In this document: one piece after another, positions 43,405 through 53,746 of the stretch | Layout of the letters: each line of letters begins with the position of its first letter | Position numbering within the stretch: the stretch's first letter is position 1 | Source of the DNA: an uncultured candidatus Porisulfidus sp. | GTDB lineage: Bacteria > Pseudomonadota > Gammaproteobacteria > Poriferisulfidales > Oxydemutatoraceae | Direction: 5' to 3' | NCBI GenBank assembly: GCA_965215125.1 | Contig: OZ244052.1 | Location: 1,344,001-1,408,000, forward strand | Length of the DNA stretch: 64,000 bases | Program-made: the position numbers and the translations under genes | Notes under the pieces: model-generated | The model's database searches: none | Told to the model about the DNA's origin: nothing | Seen by the model: only the letters and a program-made list of their open reading frames with translations

Positions 43405-44118
43405 TCAGTAGTCTATCGCTCGGTTGACCCAATCTTTGACTTTGCCGACTAGTCCTTTATTGCCGTTGTTCCGTGAAGTCGCTTTTGGATACTGTGGTGT
43501 CGGTTTGACTTCGCGCGGCGGTAAGTATTTGTTAACCGGGTTATAACCGAGTTCCGGCATCAGTTGCGCCCCACCGCGTTGGCGTGCCATTTTGGATACC
43601 TCCGAGTCGGGGTCGTCGAAATCGCCGAAAAAACGGGCGTGGGTAGGACATGTTAAGACACAAACGGGTTTTCTTTCCTCCTCGGGTAATGCTTGATCGT
43701 AAATGCGGTCTATGCATAGGGTGCATTTTTTCATAACGCCGTCTTCTCGATCCAACTCCCGCGCACCGTAAGGACATGCCCAAGCGCAGTAATTACAGCC
43801 CATACATTTCTCTTGGTCTACCAATACGATACCGTCTTCGGGACGTTTATACGATGCTCCCGTAGGACAGACCGTGACACAATCGGCATCCTCGCAGTGC
43901 ATACACGACATCGGGAAATGAATCGTTTTACTATCCGGATAATCGCCCACCTCGTAATTTCGGATACGATTGAACCATACGCCGGAAGGGTCTTTACCGT
44001 AAGGGTTATAGTCGGTGAGCGGCCCGGTCATACCCGAGGTGTTCCATTGTTTGCAAGCAACCGCACACGCATTGCAACCTACGCAAGTATCTAAGTCTAT
44101 TACTAATCCTAACTTCAT
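43405..44118 (-). CDS. soeB: 4Fe-4S subunit SoeB
   Basis: Four Cys clusters (CVGCNAC, CMHC, CMGCNYC, KCTLC). Confidence 0.9.
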   Translation of the reverse strand: MKLGLVIDLDTCVGCNACAVACKQWNTSGMTGPLTDYNPYGKDPSGVWFNRIRNYEVGDYPDSKTIHFPMSCMHCEDADCVTVCPTGASYKRPEDGIVLVDQEKCMGCNYCAWACPYGARELDREDGVMKKCTLCIDRIYDQALPEEERKPVCVLTCPTHARFFGDFDDPDSEVSKMARQRGGAQLMPELGYNPVNKYLPPREVKPTPQYPKATSRNNGNKGLVGKVKDWVNRAIDY

Positions 44119-47063
44119 TTGAGTCCTCTGGTTATGATGTCTTTGAAAGAACGTTTTAAGTGCACCGCCTTATGCGATTGATAGCGCAATGTGGCATCGG
44201 CATCCTGTTGTACCGCTTTAATCCGTGGCTCGTAGAGGGGCTGTACGCCGTCGTTGCTTCCGTTTGCAGGACTGATTTTGACGCATAAATCGTACCACGC
44301 CGCTTGTCCGGTAACGGGGTCGGCATTAGCAACCGGACGGTCGTACAAATCCTTGGGCAACAATTCATCTATTAAATGGTTCAGCAAAAATCCTTCGTTG
44401 GCTTCGTTGGCATCTTCGGATAAGCCCCATGTGCCGCGCGCCTTACCTATGGCATTCCATGTCCATACGGTGTCTTCTTGAATACCTTCCATCAATTTTA
44501 TCTGCACACGAATTTTAGCGTTGCGAGATTCCACCCACACCCACGACAAATCTTCAATGCCCATCCGTTCGGCACGTTTGCGGTTCATATAGAGAAAGTT
44601 TTTGGCAATGATTTGTCTGAGCCATGGGTTTTGTGAATCCCACGAATGGTACATCATCATCGGTCGTTGCGTAATTGCATAAAAGGGATAATCGCGACTG
44701 TCGTGTACCTGCGGAGTTTGCTCCAGCGGCGTGTAGTGTGAAGGCAGCGGCGAGCAGAAGGTTTTGATACGCTCCCGATCCTTTTGTTGCGGCGGTTGTG
44801 GTCCGTTGTATACGCCCATCGCTGCCAAGCGGAATTTTTGCAAGGTCTCCGAATAAAGCTCTATGACGACAGGCTCGGAGCTTTCGTTAAAGCCGACCCC
44901 TTTTGCAAACTCCAGATAGTCCTTGTTCGCAAAACGGTAAAAGCGCATGTGTTCGGGCAACTCGTAATGCAGAAAACATTTGTTTTCAATATATTTTTCC
45001 CATTGTTTGGGGTTGGGTTCGCCTCGCAGGTGTTTGCTTCCGTCCGCCCCGCGCCAGCCTGCCAGAAAACCGATTCCCGGAGCTTTCTGAAAATTGACTA
45101 TAAAATCTTTGTAGTCCTTATATTTGGCACCGCCGTCTTCGTTGAGGAATGCCGGGAATTTTAATCGGGATGCCAGTTCAATCATGACTTCTTGCCAAGG
45201 CTTTGCGTCGCGATCCGGCTCTAGTACCGGGGCGCGTATAGAGTCGCAAACGGCATCGGGATCCGAGATCGGTCTATCCAACAGCGATATAGTATCGTAG
45301 CGTTCTAAATAGGTCGTGTCGGGCAGAACCAAATCGGCAAATTGAACCATCTCCGAGTTAAAGGCATCTATAACGACCAAAAACGGGATTTTATATTCTC
45401 CGCCGGCATCTTTAGCCTTAAGCATATTTTGTATCTTGGCAACATTCATCGTTGAATTCCAACTCATATTTGCCATAAACAGCATCAGAGTATCTATGGG
45501 ATAGGGATCGCCGTTGGCAGCATTCGTTATCACGGTGTGCATCAGTCCATGGTTAGCCAAAGGTGCCTCCCATGAATAGGCTTTATCTATGCGCAAAGGC
45601 TGCCCTTTGTCGTCAATGACCAAGTCCTCGGGACAAGTAGGAAACCCCAGCGGAGGTGCGGGAAGGGCTTCGCCGGCTTTGCTGTGCTGTGCGGGTTTAA
45701 TTGACGGGGGAATATGCTTAGGATAGGGCGGCTTGGCTCGATATGCTCCGGGACAATCTATAGCACCGAGTAAAATTTGCAACAGATGGATCGCTCTGCA
45801 GGTTTGAAAGCCGTTGGAGTGCGCTGAAATACCGCGCATCGCATGCATAGATACCGGCCGCCCGATGAAGCTATCGTGCTGTCTCCCCGCACTATCCACC
45901 CATTGGCACGGCACCTCTATAGTCTCTTTGAAAGCGATATGCGCCATTTCAAGTGCCAAACGTTCTATCGTGTCGGCGTTGATACCGCAAACGGCGGCTG
46001 CGTGTTCGGGGGCATATTTTTCGTCAAGGTATTGTTCGGTGAGCGTTGTAAATACGGTTTTTAATTTAATGCCTTCTTTGCTCCGGTATTCGCCGAACAA
46101 TGCAGGTTGTGTGCCGCACAGTGCCGCTGCCGCAATGCTCTCTGTTTTTAGGTCCCAGATATACGGTTTGCCTTCGGTATTGCGATAGACCAAGCCATCG
46201 TCGGAGCCGCCCGGATTATCGATTAGCAAATAAGGTGCATTGGTATACCGCACTAAAAATTCCCAATCAAATAATTCGTTTTTTAATAGTACGTGCACCA
46301 TAGATAAAGCTAACATCGCATCGCTGCCGGGAATGACAGGAACCCACTCGTCGGCAATGGCTTGGTAGCCGGTGCGTACCGGATTGACGGCAACAAACTT
46401 ACTCCCGCGTCGCTTAAGTTTTTCCAATCCGATCTTAATCGGGTTGGAAGCGTGGTCTTCGGCAACCCCCCAAAGCATGAAATACTTGGTACGATCCCAG
46501 TCCGGCTCGCCGAATTCCCAAAACGAATATCCCATCGTATACAGGCCGCCGGCTGCCATATTAACCGAGCAGAAGCCACCGTGGGCTGCCCAGTTGACTG
46601 TCCCGAACTGTTGCGCCCATAGCCCGGTCAGAGCCTGCATTTGATCGCGACCGGTGAAATAAGCGAGCTTTTTAGGATCGCTTTTCCTGATTTTATCGAG
46701 CCGCTCAACCAAAATATCGAGTGCTTTCTGCCAACTAATTTCTTCAAATTCTCCGCGACCTCGGTCTGCAGTTGCCTTGCGTAGCATAGGCTTTTTGAGC
46801 TTGGCAGGCGAGGATTGTTTCATAATGCCGGCGTTGCCTTTGGCGCACAACACACCGCGGTTCACCGGATGCTCTCGGGTGCCTTGTATAAAACGAATTT
46901 TGTTATTTTCCAACGTCACCTTGATCCCGCAACGACAAGCACACATATAGCAAGTTGTGTGCTTTATTTGTTGATTAGCGTGATCTTCAAAACAAGGTAA
47001 GTTGCCGTCTTCGGCGGTATCGCCTGCAATGACTTTATCGGGCAATGATTTCTCTCCACTCAA
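44115..47063 (-). CDS. soeA: Molybdopterin sulfite dehydrogenase subunit SoeA
   Basis: TTCYMCACRCG, FTGRDQ, AHGGFCSVNMA, HAMRGISAHSNG; no Tat leader seen; ABC gene order. Confidence 0.88.
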   Translation of the reverse strand: MSGEKSLPDKVIAGDTAEDGNLPCFEDHANQQIKHTTCYMCACRCGIKVTLENNKIRFIQGTREHPVNRGVLCAKGNAGIMKQSSPAKLKKPMLRKATADRGRGEFEEISWQKALDILVERLDKIRKSDPKKLAYFTGRDQMQALTGLWAQQFGTVNWAAHGGFCSVNMAAGGLYTMGYSFWEFGEPDWDRTKYFMLWGVAEDHASNPIKIGLEKLKRRGSKFVAVNPVRTGYQAIADEWVPVIPGSDAMLALSMVHVLLKNELFDWEFLVRYTNAPYLLIDNPGGSDDGLVYRNTEGKPYIWDLKTESIAAAALCGTQPALFGEYRSKEGIKLKTVFTTLTEQYLDEKYAPEHAAAVCGINADTIERLALEMAHIAFKETIEVPCQWVDSAGRQHDSFIGRPVSMHAMRGISAHSNGFQTCRAIHLLQILLGAIDCPGAYRAKPPYPKHIPPSIKPAQHSKAGEALPAPPLGFPTCPEDLVIDDKGQPLRIDKAYSWEAPLANHGLMHTVITNAANGDPYPIDTLMLFMANMSWNSTMNVAKIQNMLKAKDAGGEYKIPFLVVIDAFNSEMVQFADLVLPDTTYLERYDTISLLDRPISDPDAVCDSIRAPVLEPDRDAKPWQEVMIELASRLKFPAFLNEDGGAKYKDYKDFIVNFQKAPGIGFLAGWRGADGSKHLRGEPNPKQWEKYIENKCFLHYELPEHMRFYRFANKDYLEFAKGVGFNESSEPVVIELYSETLQKFRLAAMGVYNGPQPPQQKDRERIKTFCSPLPSHYTPLEQTPQVHDSRDYPFYAITQRPMMMYHSWDSQNPWLRQIIAKNFLYMNRKRAERMGIEDLSWVWVESRNAKIRVQIKLMEGIQEDTVWTWNAIGKARGTWGLSEDANEANEGFLLNHLIDELLPKDLYDRPVANADPVTGQAAWYDLCVKISPANGSNDGVQPLYEPRIKAVQQDADATLRYQSHKAVHLKRSFKDIITRGLK

Positions 47064-47162
47064 ATAATTATCTAAAGCATTGAATTTTACCTATTAGTAG
47101 AGATTAAAGCAAGGCGATACTCCCCTATTGCAATGCACGTGTTATCCAATGATTGCGGTTCC

Positions 47163-47200
47163 GCACAATGTTACGCCACTTGCCCAGCCGGGCAAGTGGC
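47163..47200 (-). repeat. Module-B hairpin variant
   Basis: GCACAATGTTAC flank followed by GCCACTTGCCC-AGCC-GGGCAAGTGGC. Confidence 0.7.
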
Positions 47201-47337
47201 AGTCGGAGGTCATGTGAAAAGACTGGAAATTAAACAATCATTTCATCTTATAAGGTATCCGATTTGCACACCCTCACCATTCTGCACTTATAAGGATAAA
47301 CCCTAGTTTATCCGACCTACATACCCATGTTAAGGCT

Positions 47338-47390
47338 CTGCACAATGTCACGCCGTTTGTGCTACTGAACAAACGGTGGTTCTATTGTGC
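47338..47390 (-). repeat. Module-B hairpin variant
   Basis: CTGCACAATGTCA-CGCCGTTTGT-GCTACTGA-ACAAACGGTG-GTTCTATTG. Confidence 0.75.
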
Positions 47391-47430
47391 CGGTATACCC
47401 TATAATAGACCTTTTTACATACACGGGAAA

Positions 47431-48624
47431 ATGCCGCTACTTAATATAACTTTTTGGTTTTTAGCCGGCCTCATAGTCGGATGGTTCTTGGCTACGGCAC
47501 AAGATGACGGTTTTGACAATACGGTGTCGGTGCTTTCGGATAAGACCGAACAAAATATGGAGATCTCTCAAATGGTAGCTTTGAATGATAATCAAACCGA
47601 GAGTATCTATACCGAAGAAGCTATTGAGAAGAACAGTATCGTAATAGAGAAATTTGAAAAAGCGATAGAGAAGAATAACCGAGAGGCAGTCCTTATTTAT
47701 AAGCAAGAACTGCGTGCCGGTGGCGACCTTACAAAGCAAATGCGTAGCCGTTTGATTGCCCGCATGGTCAGGTTGATACGGCTACATCGGCACCGAGATG
47801 CTCGACAATTAATAAGCGCATACCTTGACTCCAACGCCTACGATGCCGAGGTCTTGGTGATACAAGCCCAGCTAAATCATATCTTGGGACGCCATTTGGA
47901 CGCACTTGGCAATGTTTATGAGGCAAAAATTTACGGAGATCGAAGCATAGAAGAGAAAACTATAGACCAGTTTATCGACAAAATACTCACCGAATACGAA
48001 AAGCTATTGATAGAAAAAAAAGAGTGGAATTCATTGGTTTCTCTCTACAGTTTGGTAGTGGAAAAAGATTATAGCGAGCGTCAATCTTCTTATTATTACA
48101 AGTTGTCGCAGGCACAATTCAAACTCGGCGATTATTACAATGCACTTGCTAGTCTAAGCCAAATTCTCGGCAACCCTTTGTGGAATAGAAAGGCGCAATA
48201 TTTCCAGTTAACGATAGAGAAATTCATTGAAGGCAACGGTATTGTTGCCATTCCCGTCAAATATATAGACCCGCATAAATTCTTGGCGATAGTAACCATC
48301 AACGATACGATTGAAGCGGAACTCTTAATAGATACCGGTGCTTCTCTTTCGGTGCTTAGACAAAAGTTTATAGACGAGGTTGAACTGCCGGTGAAAGACG
48401 AAGAACCTCTTACGCTGACCACTGTCAGCGATGTCGTCGAGGCACGCACTATCAAATTGGATAGTTTCGGTATCAACGATATTAAATTCGCCGATATGCC
48501 TATAGGGGTGACCGAAATGCCCGATGATTTTGTTCCCGATGGCTTACTCGGCATGGATTTTTTAAGTAAATTCGAGTTTAATCTAGATCAAGAAGATTTA
48601 ACCCTTTATCTATATAGTCTATAG
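47431..48624 (+). CDS. TPR-containing retropepsin-like aspartyl protease with an N-terminal TM or signal
   Basis: LIDTGAS and GLLGMDFL motifs; helical repeats; TATAAT at 47401. Confidence 0.82.
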   Translation: MPLLNITFWFLAGLIVGWFLATAQDDGFDNTVSVLSDKTEQNMEISQMVALNDNQTESIYTEEAIEKNSIVIEKFEKAIEKNNREAVLIYKQELRAGGDLTKQMRSRLIARMVRLIRLHRHRDARQLISAYLDSNAYDAEVLVIQAQLNHILGRHLDALGNVYEAKIYGDRSIEEKTIDQFIDKILTEYEKLLIEKKEWNSLVSLYSLVVEKDYSERQSSYYYKLSQAQFKLGDYYNALASLSQILGNPLWNRKAQYFQLTIEKFIEGNGIVAIPVKYIDPHKFLAIVTINDTIEAELLIDTGASLSVLRQKFIDEVELPVKDEEPLTLTTVSDVVEARTIKLDSFGINDIKFADMPIGVTEMPDDFVPDGLLGMDFLSKFEFNLDQEDLTLYLYSL

Positions 48625-48659
48625 TTCAGTTGCTGAAGTGATGCGAATACAATATTGTT

Positions 48660-48943
48660 ATTCCCCTCCTGTGGAGGGGTGGCAGGCGCAATAGAACCAC
48701 CACTTGTTGCAGTAGCACAAGTGGTGTCACTTTGTGCAGACCCTAACGCATATTGCAAAATGTAAAGCCTTTCTCTGGGGTGCTTGCGTCGTATCTGTAC
48801 GAGTATAGTGCCGGTACATTCCCCTCCTGTGGAGGGGTGGCAGGCGCAATAGAGCCGCCGATTGAGCCAGTAGGTCAATCGGCGTAACGGTATGCAAAAT
48901 CTTAGTACATATTACAAAATGTAAAACCTTTTCATGGGGTGGT
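48660..48943 (+). repeat. Two tandem long composite repeats separated by the linker module
   Basis: Units at 48660-48782 and 48818-48943; linker GCGTCGTATCTGTACGAGTATAGTGCCGGTAC. Confidence 0.9.
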
Positions 48944-48970
48944 CATCACAATGATGTGGCACAGCAGTCA

Positions 48971-49933
48971 TTAGGTCATAGAAACCCTTTTTACCTGATA
49001 GCCGTATCCTTCCAGCAGGCTCAGCACGCCTTCTTTGCCGTACAAATGTAAGGCACCGACGGCGATAAAAGTATTTTTTCTACGCAAAGGTGCCAACATA
49101 TAGTGTGCCATTACGATATTGCGAATATACAACACATGCTTGAGGTAGGTTTTTTTATAACCTTTATCCGTAGACTCTTGGGATATAAAACGCGTGGCAA
49201 GCGACAGCATCTGTGCCAAATCTTCTTTTAGATAAAATTCAATCATCGTTTCCGCAACGGACGATAGTTCATTGAGATGCTCCACACGATCCTTCAGCAA
49301 AGCTATCTGTGCATCAACCGGGAAAGCGTAGTACGCCGCCATCAACTCCTCGAGCGTCTCTAATTGATACACCGTTGCCGAATTATCCAGTGCCATTTGA
49401 AAAAGCAGATAATCCAACATAACCGAATTATTAGTGTTGCTTTTATCCGGGGCATCTTCGGTCCTATAAATTCCGGATAGTGCGTGCATCGCAGCCCACG
49501 GTTTCAATCTCTCTATGCGTTCATCCTTAAAGCCGTTCATTAGCAGTCGCTCGCGTATGGATTGATATGTTTTAGCATCGACCAAATCACTCAACCGCTG
49601 TCCCTCGTCGAGCATCATATCTTTGACTATGCTCCTGAAGCCGGAATTCGGGCTGAAATAACGTACTCCCGGGAAGGTTTCTATGCAAAAATTATCCGCT
49701 TCCAACAAAGCCGATTTGACCGACTGTTTTAATTCGGAGATACGCATGTCGTTTGAGTGTAAGGTTCCGAATAGATAGCCTATGTGTTCGCCCGCCTTTG
49801 ATATAGACCAAAACAATCCCTTATCGAAGCGCGATGCGGCTTGGGTTGTCTCGGCGGATTTTAATTCTGCCTGCAACGCAGCAGATGATACCAGCAGTGA
49901 TAAAGCCGATAGTGTTAATAAAAGTCTTTTCAT
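48971..49933 (-). CDS. TraB/GumN-family secreted protein
   Basis: Signal peptide, YLFGTLH, LET..E, RN..M, AVGALHL. Confidence 0.88.
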   Translation of the reverse strand: MKRLLLTLSALSLLVSSAALQAELKSAETTQAASRFDKGLFWSISKAGEHIGYLFGTLHSNDMRISELKQSVKSALLEADNFCIETFPGVRYFSPNSGFRSIVKDMMLDEGQRLSDLVDAKTYQSIRERLLMNGFKDERIERLKPWAAMHALSGIYRTEDAPDKSNTNNSVMLDYLLFQMALDNSATVYQLETLEELMAAYYAFPVDAQIALLKDRVEHLNELSSVAETMIEFYLKEDLAQMLSLATRFISQESTDKGYKKTYLKHVLYIRNIVMAHYMLAPLRRKNTFIAVGALHLYGKEGVLSLLEGYGYQVKRVSMT

Positions 49934-50042
49934 ATTTCACTCCCTATGTGTTTAAGGCGGTTAGTTGCCAATGGTTTTATTTTAGCAGTAAATTAAATGA
50001 TGAGCGATATTAGGTGCTAATACGATGGGTCCCAAGAGAAAT

Positions 50043-50825
50043 TTATCGTTTGCAATAATGCTCTATAATTGCCGGCAATATATCTTCGTCAATCGGGCTA
50101 CGGGCAACGATGGGTGGACGCTTGAAACCTAGCTTGCTATACAATTCTTTGATACCGAGACTTCCCAAAACCAGTTGTCTATCGAGCAACATAGCAACAG
50201 AATCCGCCTCGGTCATTGCGTGGAGGTTTGCCAAAGTTTCACCACTTGCCACGGTAATATAATCGGGCACCGGGTGCTGTTCGTCCAATCTCAAGCATTT
50301 TGACGGTCTTTGTCTACGATAGACTTCAACATAATCTACCTCCAGTCCTCGGCGAGTGAGTTCTCTCGCTAAATACGGGTTTCCTCCTTGACCGCGAAAA
50401 ATCAATACTGCCCCGCGTGTTATATTTTTTATGGACTGCATTGCTGCCAATGCCTCGCTACTCGCCGCTTCGTGCGGGTGTATTGCGTCGGCAATGCCTG
50501 CCTTTGCCAATGCTTCTGCGGTTTTAATGCCGACTGCGGCAACCGGTTTATTGATTTGGTAGATGCCCGTCTTGTGCAATAGCCGAGTGCCGTAATGCAC
50601 CGCATTGCGACTGATAAAAACCAACAGACTGTATTTATCAAGCTGTTTGATCCTGCTCAGATTGGCTTCACTGTGTGCGGTATCTACGATTTCCATACAC
50701 GGGAAACGAATGACCGTAGCACCTTGTTCGGCACAAAGCTCCGATAGTCTATCCGCAAGTTGAACAGGTCGCGTGACCATAACGCAACAACCTTGCAGGG
50801 GGAGATTTTTACGAGGTTTATTCAT
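50043..50825 (-). CDS. hemD: Uroporphyrinogen-III synthase
   Basis: VTRP, FISRNAV, AVG..TA, VYRR; coupled to hemC. Confidence 0.9.
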   Translation of the reverse strand: MNKPRKNLPLQGCCVMVTRPVQLADRLSELCAEQGATVIRFPCMEIVDTAHSEANLSRIKQLDKYSLLVFISRNAVHYGTRLLHKTGIYQINKPVAAVGIKTAEALAKAGIADAIHPHEAASSEALAAMQSIKNITRGAVLIFRGQGGNPYLARELTRRGLEVDYVEVYRRQRPSKCLRLDEQHPVPDYITVASGETLANLHAMTEADSVAMLLDRQLVLGSLGIKELYSKLGFKRPPIVARSPIDEDILPAIIEHYCKR

Positions 50826-51741
50826 TATCTCGGAAGGGTGCAATCAGCGCAGCTGCACCTTGGGCGAGCAAGGCGTTTGCAGCTGCAATACCAAGTTGTT
50901 CGCTTTGCTCCGGGGTGCCGTGCCGTTCGTCTCTTAGTATTTTCTTTCCATCTATATCACCGACTAAAGCACTCAGATAAAGGTTGCCATTATTGTATTG
51001 CGCATAGGCTGCGATCGGCATCTTACAATCACCTCCCAACGCCAAACTCAACGCTCGCTCTGCTTGCAAACAAGCATAACTCGTAGTATCGTTTAGTGCG
51101 GCGATATAAGACAGCATCGGGTGATCATGCAAACATTCTATACCGATAATCCCTTGTCCTATCGCCGGTAGACTGATAGGATGCGGTAGCAAATAACGAA
51201 TACGCCGGGATAAACCCAATCGTTCGAGCCCGGCGGCAGCTAATATCAAAGCGTCGCATTCGCCTCTATCGAGCTTGTCGAGACGGGTGCCGACATTGCC
51301 TCGTAAAGGCAACACCTTTATATTCGGATAACGATGTTTCAACTGACACTGCCGCCTTAGACTTGCCGTTCCTACAATCGCATGCTTCGGTAATTGCTCA
51401 AGATTGTCGTAATTTTTAGACACGAAGGCATCCGACGGGTCTGCGCGTGTTAATGCTGCGGCGACGATAAAACCCTTGGGCAATTCGCACGGCACATCTT
51501 TCATCGAATGAACCGCAATGTCGGCTCGGTCTTCTAACAGGGCTTTTTCTAATGATTTAACGAATAAGCCTTTGCCGCCTATCTCGCTTAGGGAACTTTC
51601 AATCCGTTCGTCTCCCTCGCTTACTACGGGGACGATTTCTATCTTGATTTCAGGATACAGTGTCGCTAGATGTTCGGCGACTATATTCGTTTGTTTTAAG
51701 GCGAGTGGGCTCTTGCGTGTGACGATACGAATCGTATTCAC
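50818..51741 (-). CDS. hemC: Hydroxymethylbilane synthase
   Basis: TRKSPLA, GGKGLF, VHSMKD, LRGNV, GGDC. Confidence 0.97.
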   Translation of the reverse strand: MNTIRIVTRKSPLALKQTNIVAEHLATLYPEIKIEIVPVVSEGDERIESSLSEIGGKGLFVKSLEKALLEDRADIAVHSMKDVPCELPKGFIVAAALTRADPSDAFVSKNYDNLEQLPKHAIVGTASLRRQCQLKHRYPNIKVLPLRGNVGTRLDKLDRGECDALILAAAGLERLGLSRRIRYLLPHPISLPAIGQGIIGIECLHDHPMLSYIAALNDTTSYACLQAERALSLALGGDCKMPIAAYAQYNNGNLYLSALVGDIDGKKILRDERHGTPEQSEQLGIAAANALLAQGAAALIAPFRDNE

Positions 51742-51805
51742 TATGTACTACGCGACAACGAGCAATCGCTATCGTGTGATCCGGAAAATAGGTGTCGGCC
51801 GATTT

Positions 51806-52618
51806 TTATACATCGCTTGAAACAAAAGGTTGCCATTCGGGTGAAGCGGGCGAATGTACTACGAACGGAGGATTGATTAAAGAATCCCGCGTGTTGTATC
51901 GTAGTGGTTGCCCTGCATAATCATTCAGCTGTCCGCCCGCTTCTTCTACGATGCACTGGCCTGCCGCGGTGTCCCATTCGCAGGTAGGTCCTACGCGCAC
52001 ATAGAGATCGGCACTGCCGTCTGCAATCAAACAGCATTTTAGAGAACTGTCGGCGCGCACCAACTCGTGGTTGCCGATTTTATCGAGCAGATTTTTCGTC
52101 GGCACATTAATATGTGCACGGCTAACGGCAACGATAGGCTTCGCTCGCGGATCTTTGCGTACCGATATTTTGACCGGTTTTTTGTCCGGGTCTCGGCGGA
52201 AAGCACCGTGTTTTTCGGCAGCATAAAAAAGTTGATCCGTAGCGGGTGCATAGATTACTCCGAGAATGGAGGTATTATTATCTATCAGTGCGATATTCAC
52301 GGTGAAATAATCGTTTTTATTGATAAATCCCTTGGTGCCGTCGAGTGGGTCTACCAACCAATACCGCTGCCACTGCTTGCGTTCTTGATAAGGATGTTCG
52401 GACGAGGTCTCTTCCGACAACACCGGAATATCGGGGCTCAAAATGTTTAGCTGTTCGGTAATCAAGGTATCCGATTTTAAGTCGGCAACGGTGACCGGAG
52501 ACTTATCTTCCTTGTATTCCACATTGATTTCGTGGTTTTTGTAGATTTCCATAATTTCCAGCCCGGCTTGCTTTGCAATCGTGCAGACTTGCTCTAAATA
52601 TTCATAGGGTGTTTTCAT
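51806..52618 (-). CDS. cysQ: 3'(2'),5'-bisphosphate nucleotidase CysQ
   Basis: KEDKSPVT, WLVDPLDGT, EWDTAAG. Confidence 0.95.
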   Translation of the reverse strand: MKTPYEYLEQVCTIAKQAGLEIMEIYKNHEINVEYKEDKSPVTVADLKSDTLITEQLNILSPDIPVLSEETSSEHPYQERKQWQRYWLVDPLDGTKGFINKNDYFTVNIALIDNNTSILGVIYAPATDQLFYAAEKHGAFRRDPDKKPVKISVRKDPRAKPIVAVSRAHINVPTKNLLDKIGNHELVRADSSLKCCLIADGSADLYVRVGPTCEWDTAAGQCIVEEAGGQLNDYAGQPLRYNTRDSLINPPFVVHSPASPEWQPFVSSDV

Positions 52619-53037
52619 CCTCGGCCCCAACGTTTGTACCTTTTTTTGCAATACGCTAATAAGGATTTGTAATCGGGAAAATAAAGTTCAAAACCATCCT
52701 CCGCGGGCGCATCGAACTCGCAATAATCGTTTGAATGATCCCTACAGATTTGGGGTCTATTTTCATAAATACCACAGCCTCCGTCGGGAAGCAAGTGACT
52801 GCACTTTGTGTCGAACAATAAACACCATCCGTCTTCGTCTTTATAGACGCTTACGTTGTGATGCGAGACTTGCCACAGCAGGTGTTCAAAATCCACCTTG
52901 CTACGCGGTGTGTCTATCGCTTGTGTTATATAAGTACAACATGTGCTGTTTTTACAAAAACTACATTTGTTTTCCGGGGTTATTTTATTTTTAACATTTG
53001 TTTTAACCTTGATAGGTATGGAAAGTGTCTGTGGCAT
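52615..53037 (-). CDS. YkgJ-family cysteine-cluster protein
   Basis: CSFC...CC...C...CGIYENRPQICR. Confidence 0.88.
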   Translation of the reverse strand: MPQTLSIPIKVKTNVKNKITPENKCSFCKNSTCCTYITQAIDTPRSKVDFEHLLWQVSHHNVSVYKDEDGWCLLFDTKCSHLLPDGGCGIYENRPQICRDHSNDYCEFDAPAEDGFELYFPDYKSLLAYCKKRYKRWGRG

Positions 53038-53051
53038 TTTATCAGAGCCTT

Positions 53052-53345
53052 TTAAGTGTCGGTTCGGGATTTGGATTTTTTGATTTTTGTCAAAGGGATC
53101 ACTTGACTGGTGCGCGGTTCGTCGGCAAATCGGGGACGCATTTTAGCTTTTGACTTTCCCGATGCTTGTTGCAGGGTTTGCTCGCGTGCGGAAATCAACG
53201 CAAAACAATCGCGAATATCTTTTATTGTGCTATCCTTTAGTGGATGACGCATGCCTGCCGGCGGTGTCGTGTCTTTGACAACATTCGCCAGCGTTTTGCG
53301 CATCATGATTAGTATGCGTTGTTCTACGGATAAGTCTTCGGTCAT
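53052..53345 (-). CDS. Hypothetical protein
   Basis: 97 aa ORF leading the ykgJ-cysQ-hemCD run. Confidence 0.75.
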   Translation of the reverse strand: MTEDLSVEQRILIMMRKTLANVVKDTTPPAGMRHPLKDSTIKDIRDCFALISAREQTLQQASGKSKAKMRPRFADEPRTSQVIPLTKIKKSKSRTDT

Positions 53346-53432
53346 AGCTTTATTCGGTGAATGGTTGCATTATAACCCGTTTGCGTACAGACTGATACGA
53401 TTGGGCAAATATCTAAGTTAGAAGAGGTGATT

Positions 53433-53741
53433 ATGAAACAAGCGGAATTTTCAATAGGCGAAGTCGTAAAGCATAAGCTATTCAATTACTACGGTGTGAT
53501 CTACGATGTAGATGCCGTCTTTATGGGCAACGATCTATGGTACAAGCAGATTGCAAAAACCCGTCCCCCTAAAGACCAGCCATGGTATCGCGTGCTGGTT
53601 GACGGTCACGAACACGAGACCTATGTTGCACAACGCAACCTTGAGCATTGTGAGTATAGAGAGATCGATCATCCGATGCTTGACTTTTATTTTGACGGCA
53701 ACGACAAAACGCGATATACATCCAATGCGCTCAAAACTTAA
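53433..53741 (+). CDS. hspQ: Heat shock protein HspQ (YccV)
   Basis: FSIGEVVKH..F.Y.GVI.DVD, QPWY.VLV, TYVAQ.NL. Confidence 0.9.
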   Translation: MKQAEFSIGEVVKHKLFNYYGVIYDVDAVFMGNDLWYKQIAKTRPPKDQPWYRVLVDGHEHETYVAQRNLEHCEYREIDHPMLDFYFDGNDKTRYTSNALKT

Positions 53742-53746
53742 ACACG

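Noticed and set aside
48971-49933. Conjugation gene (TraB)
   Set aside because: TraB/GumN is a widespread chromosomal family and there are no other transfer genes.
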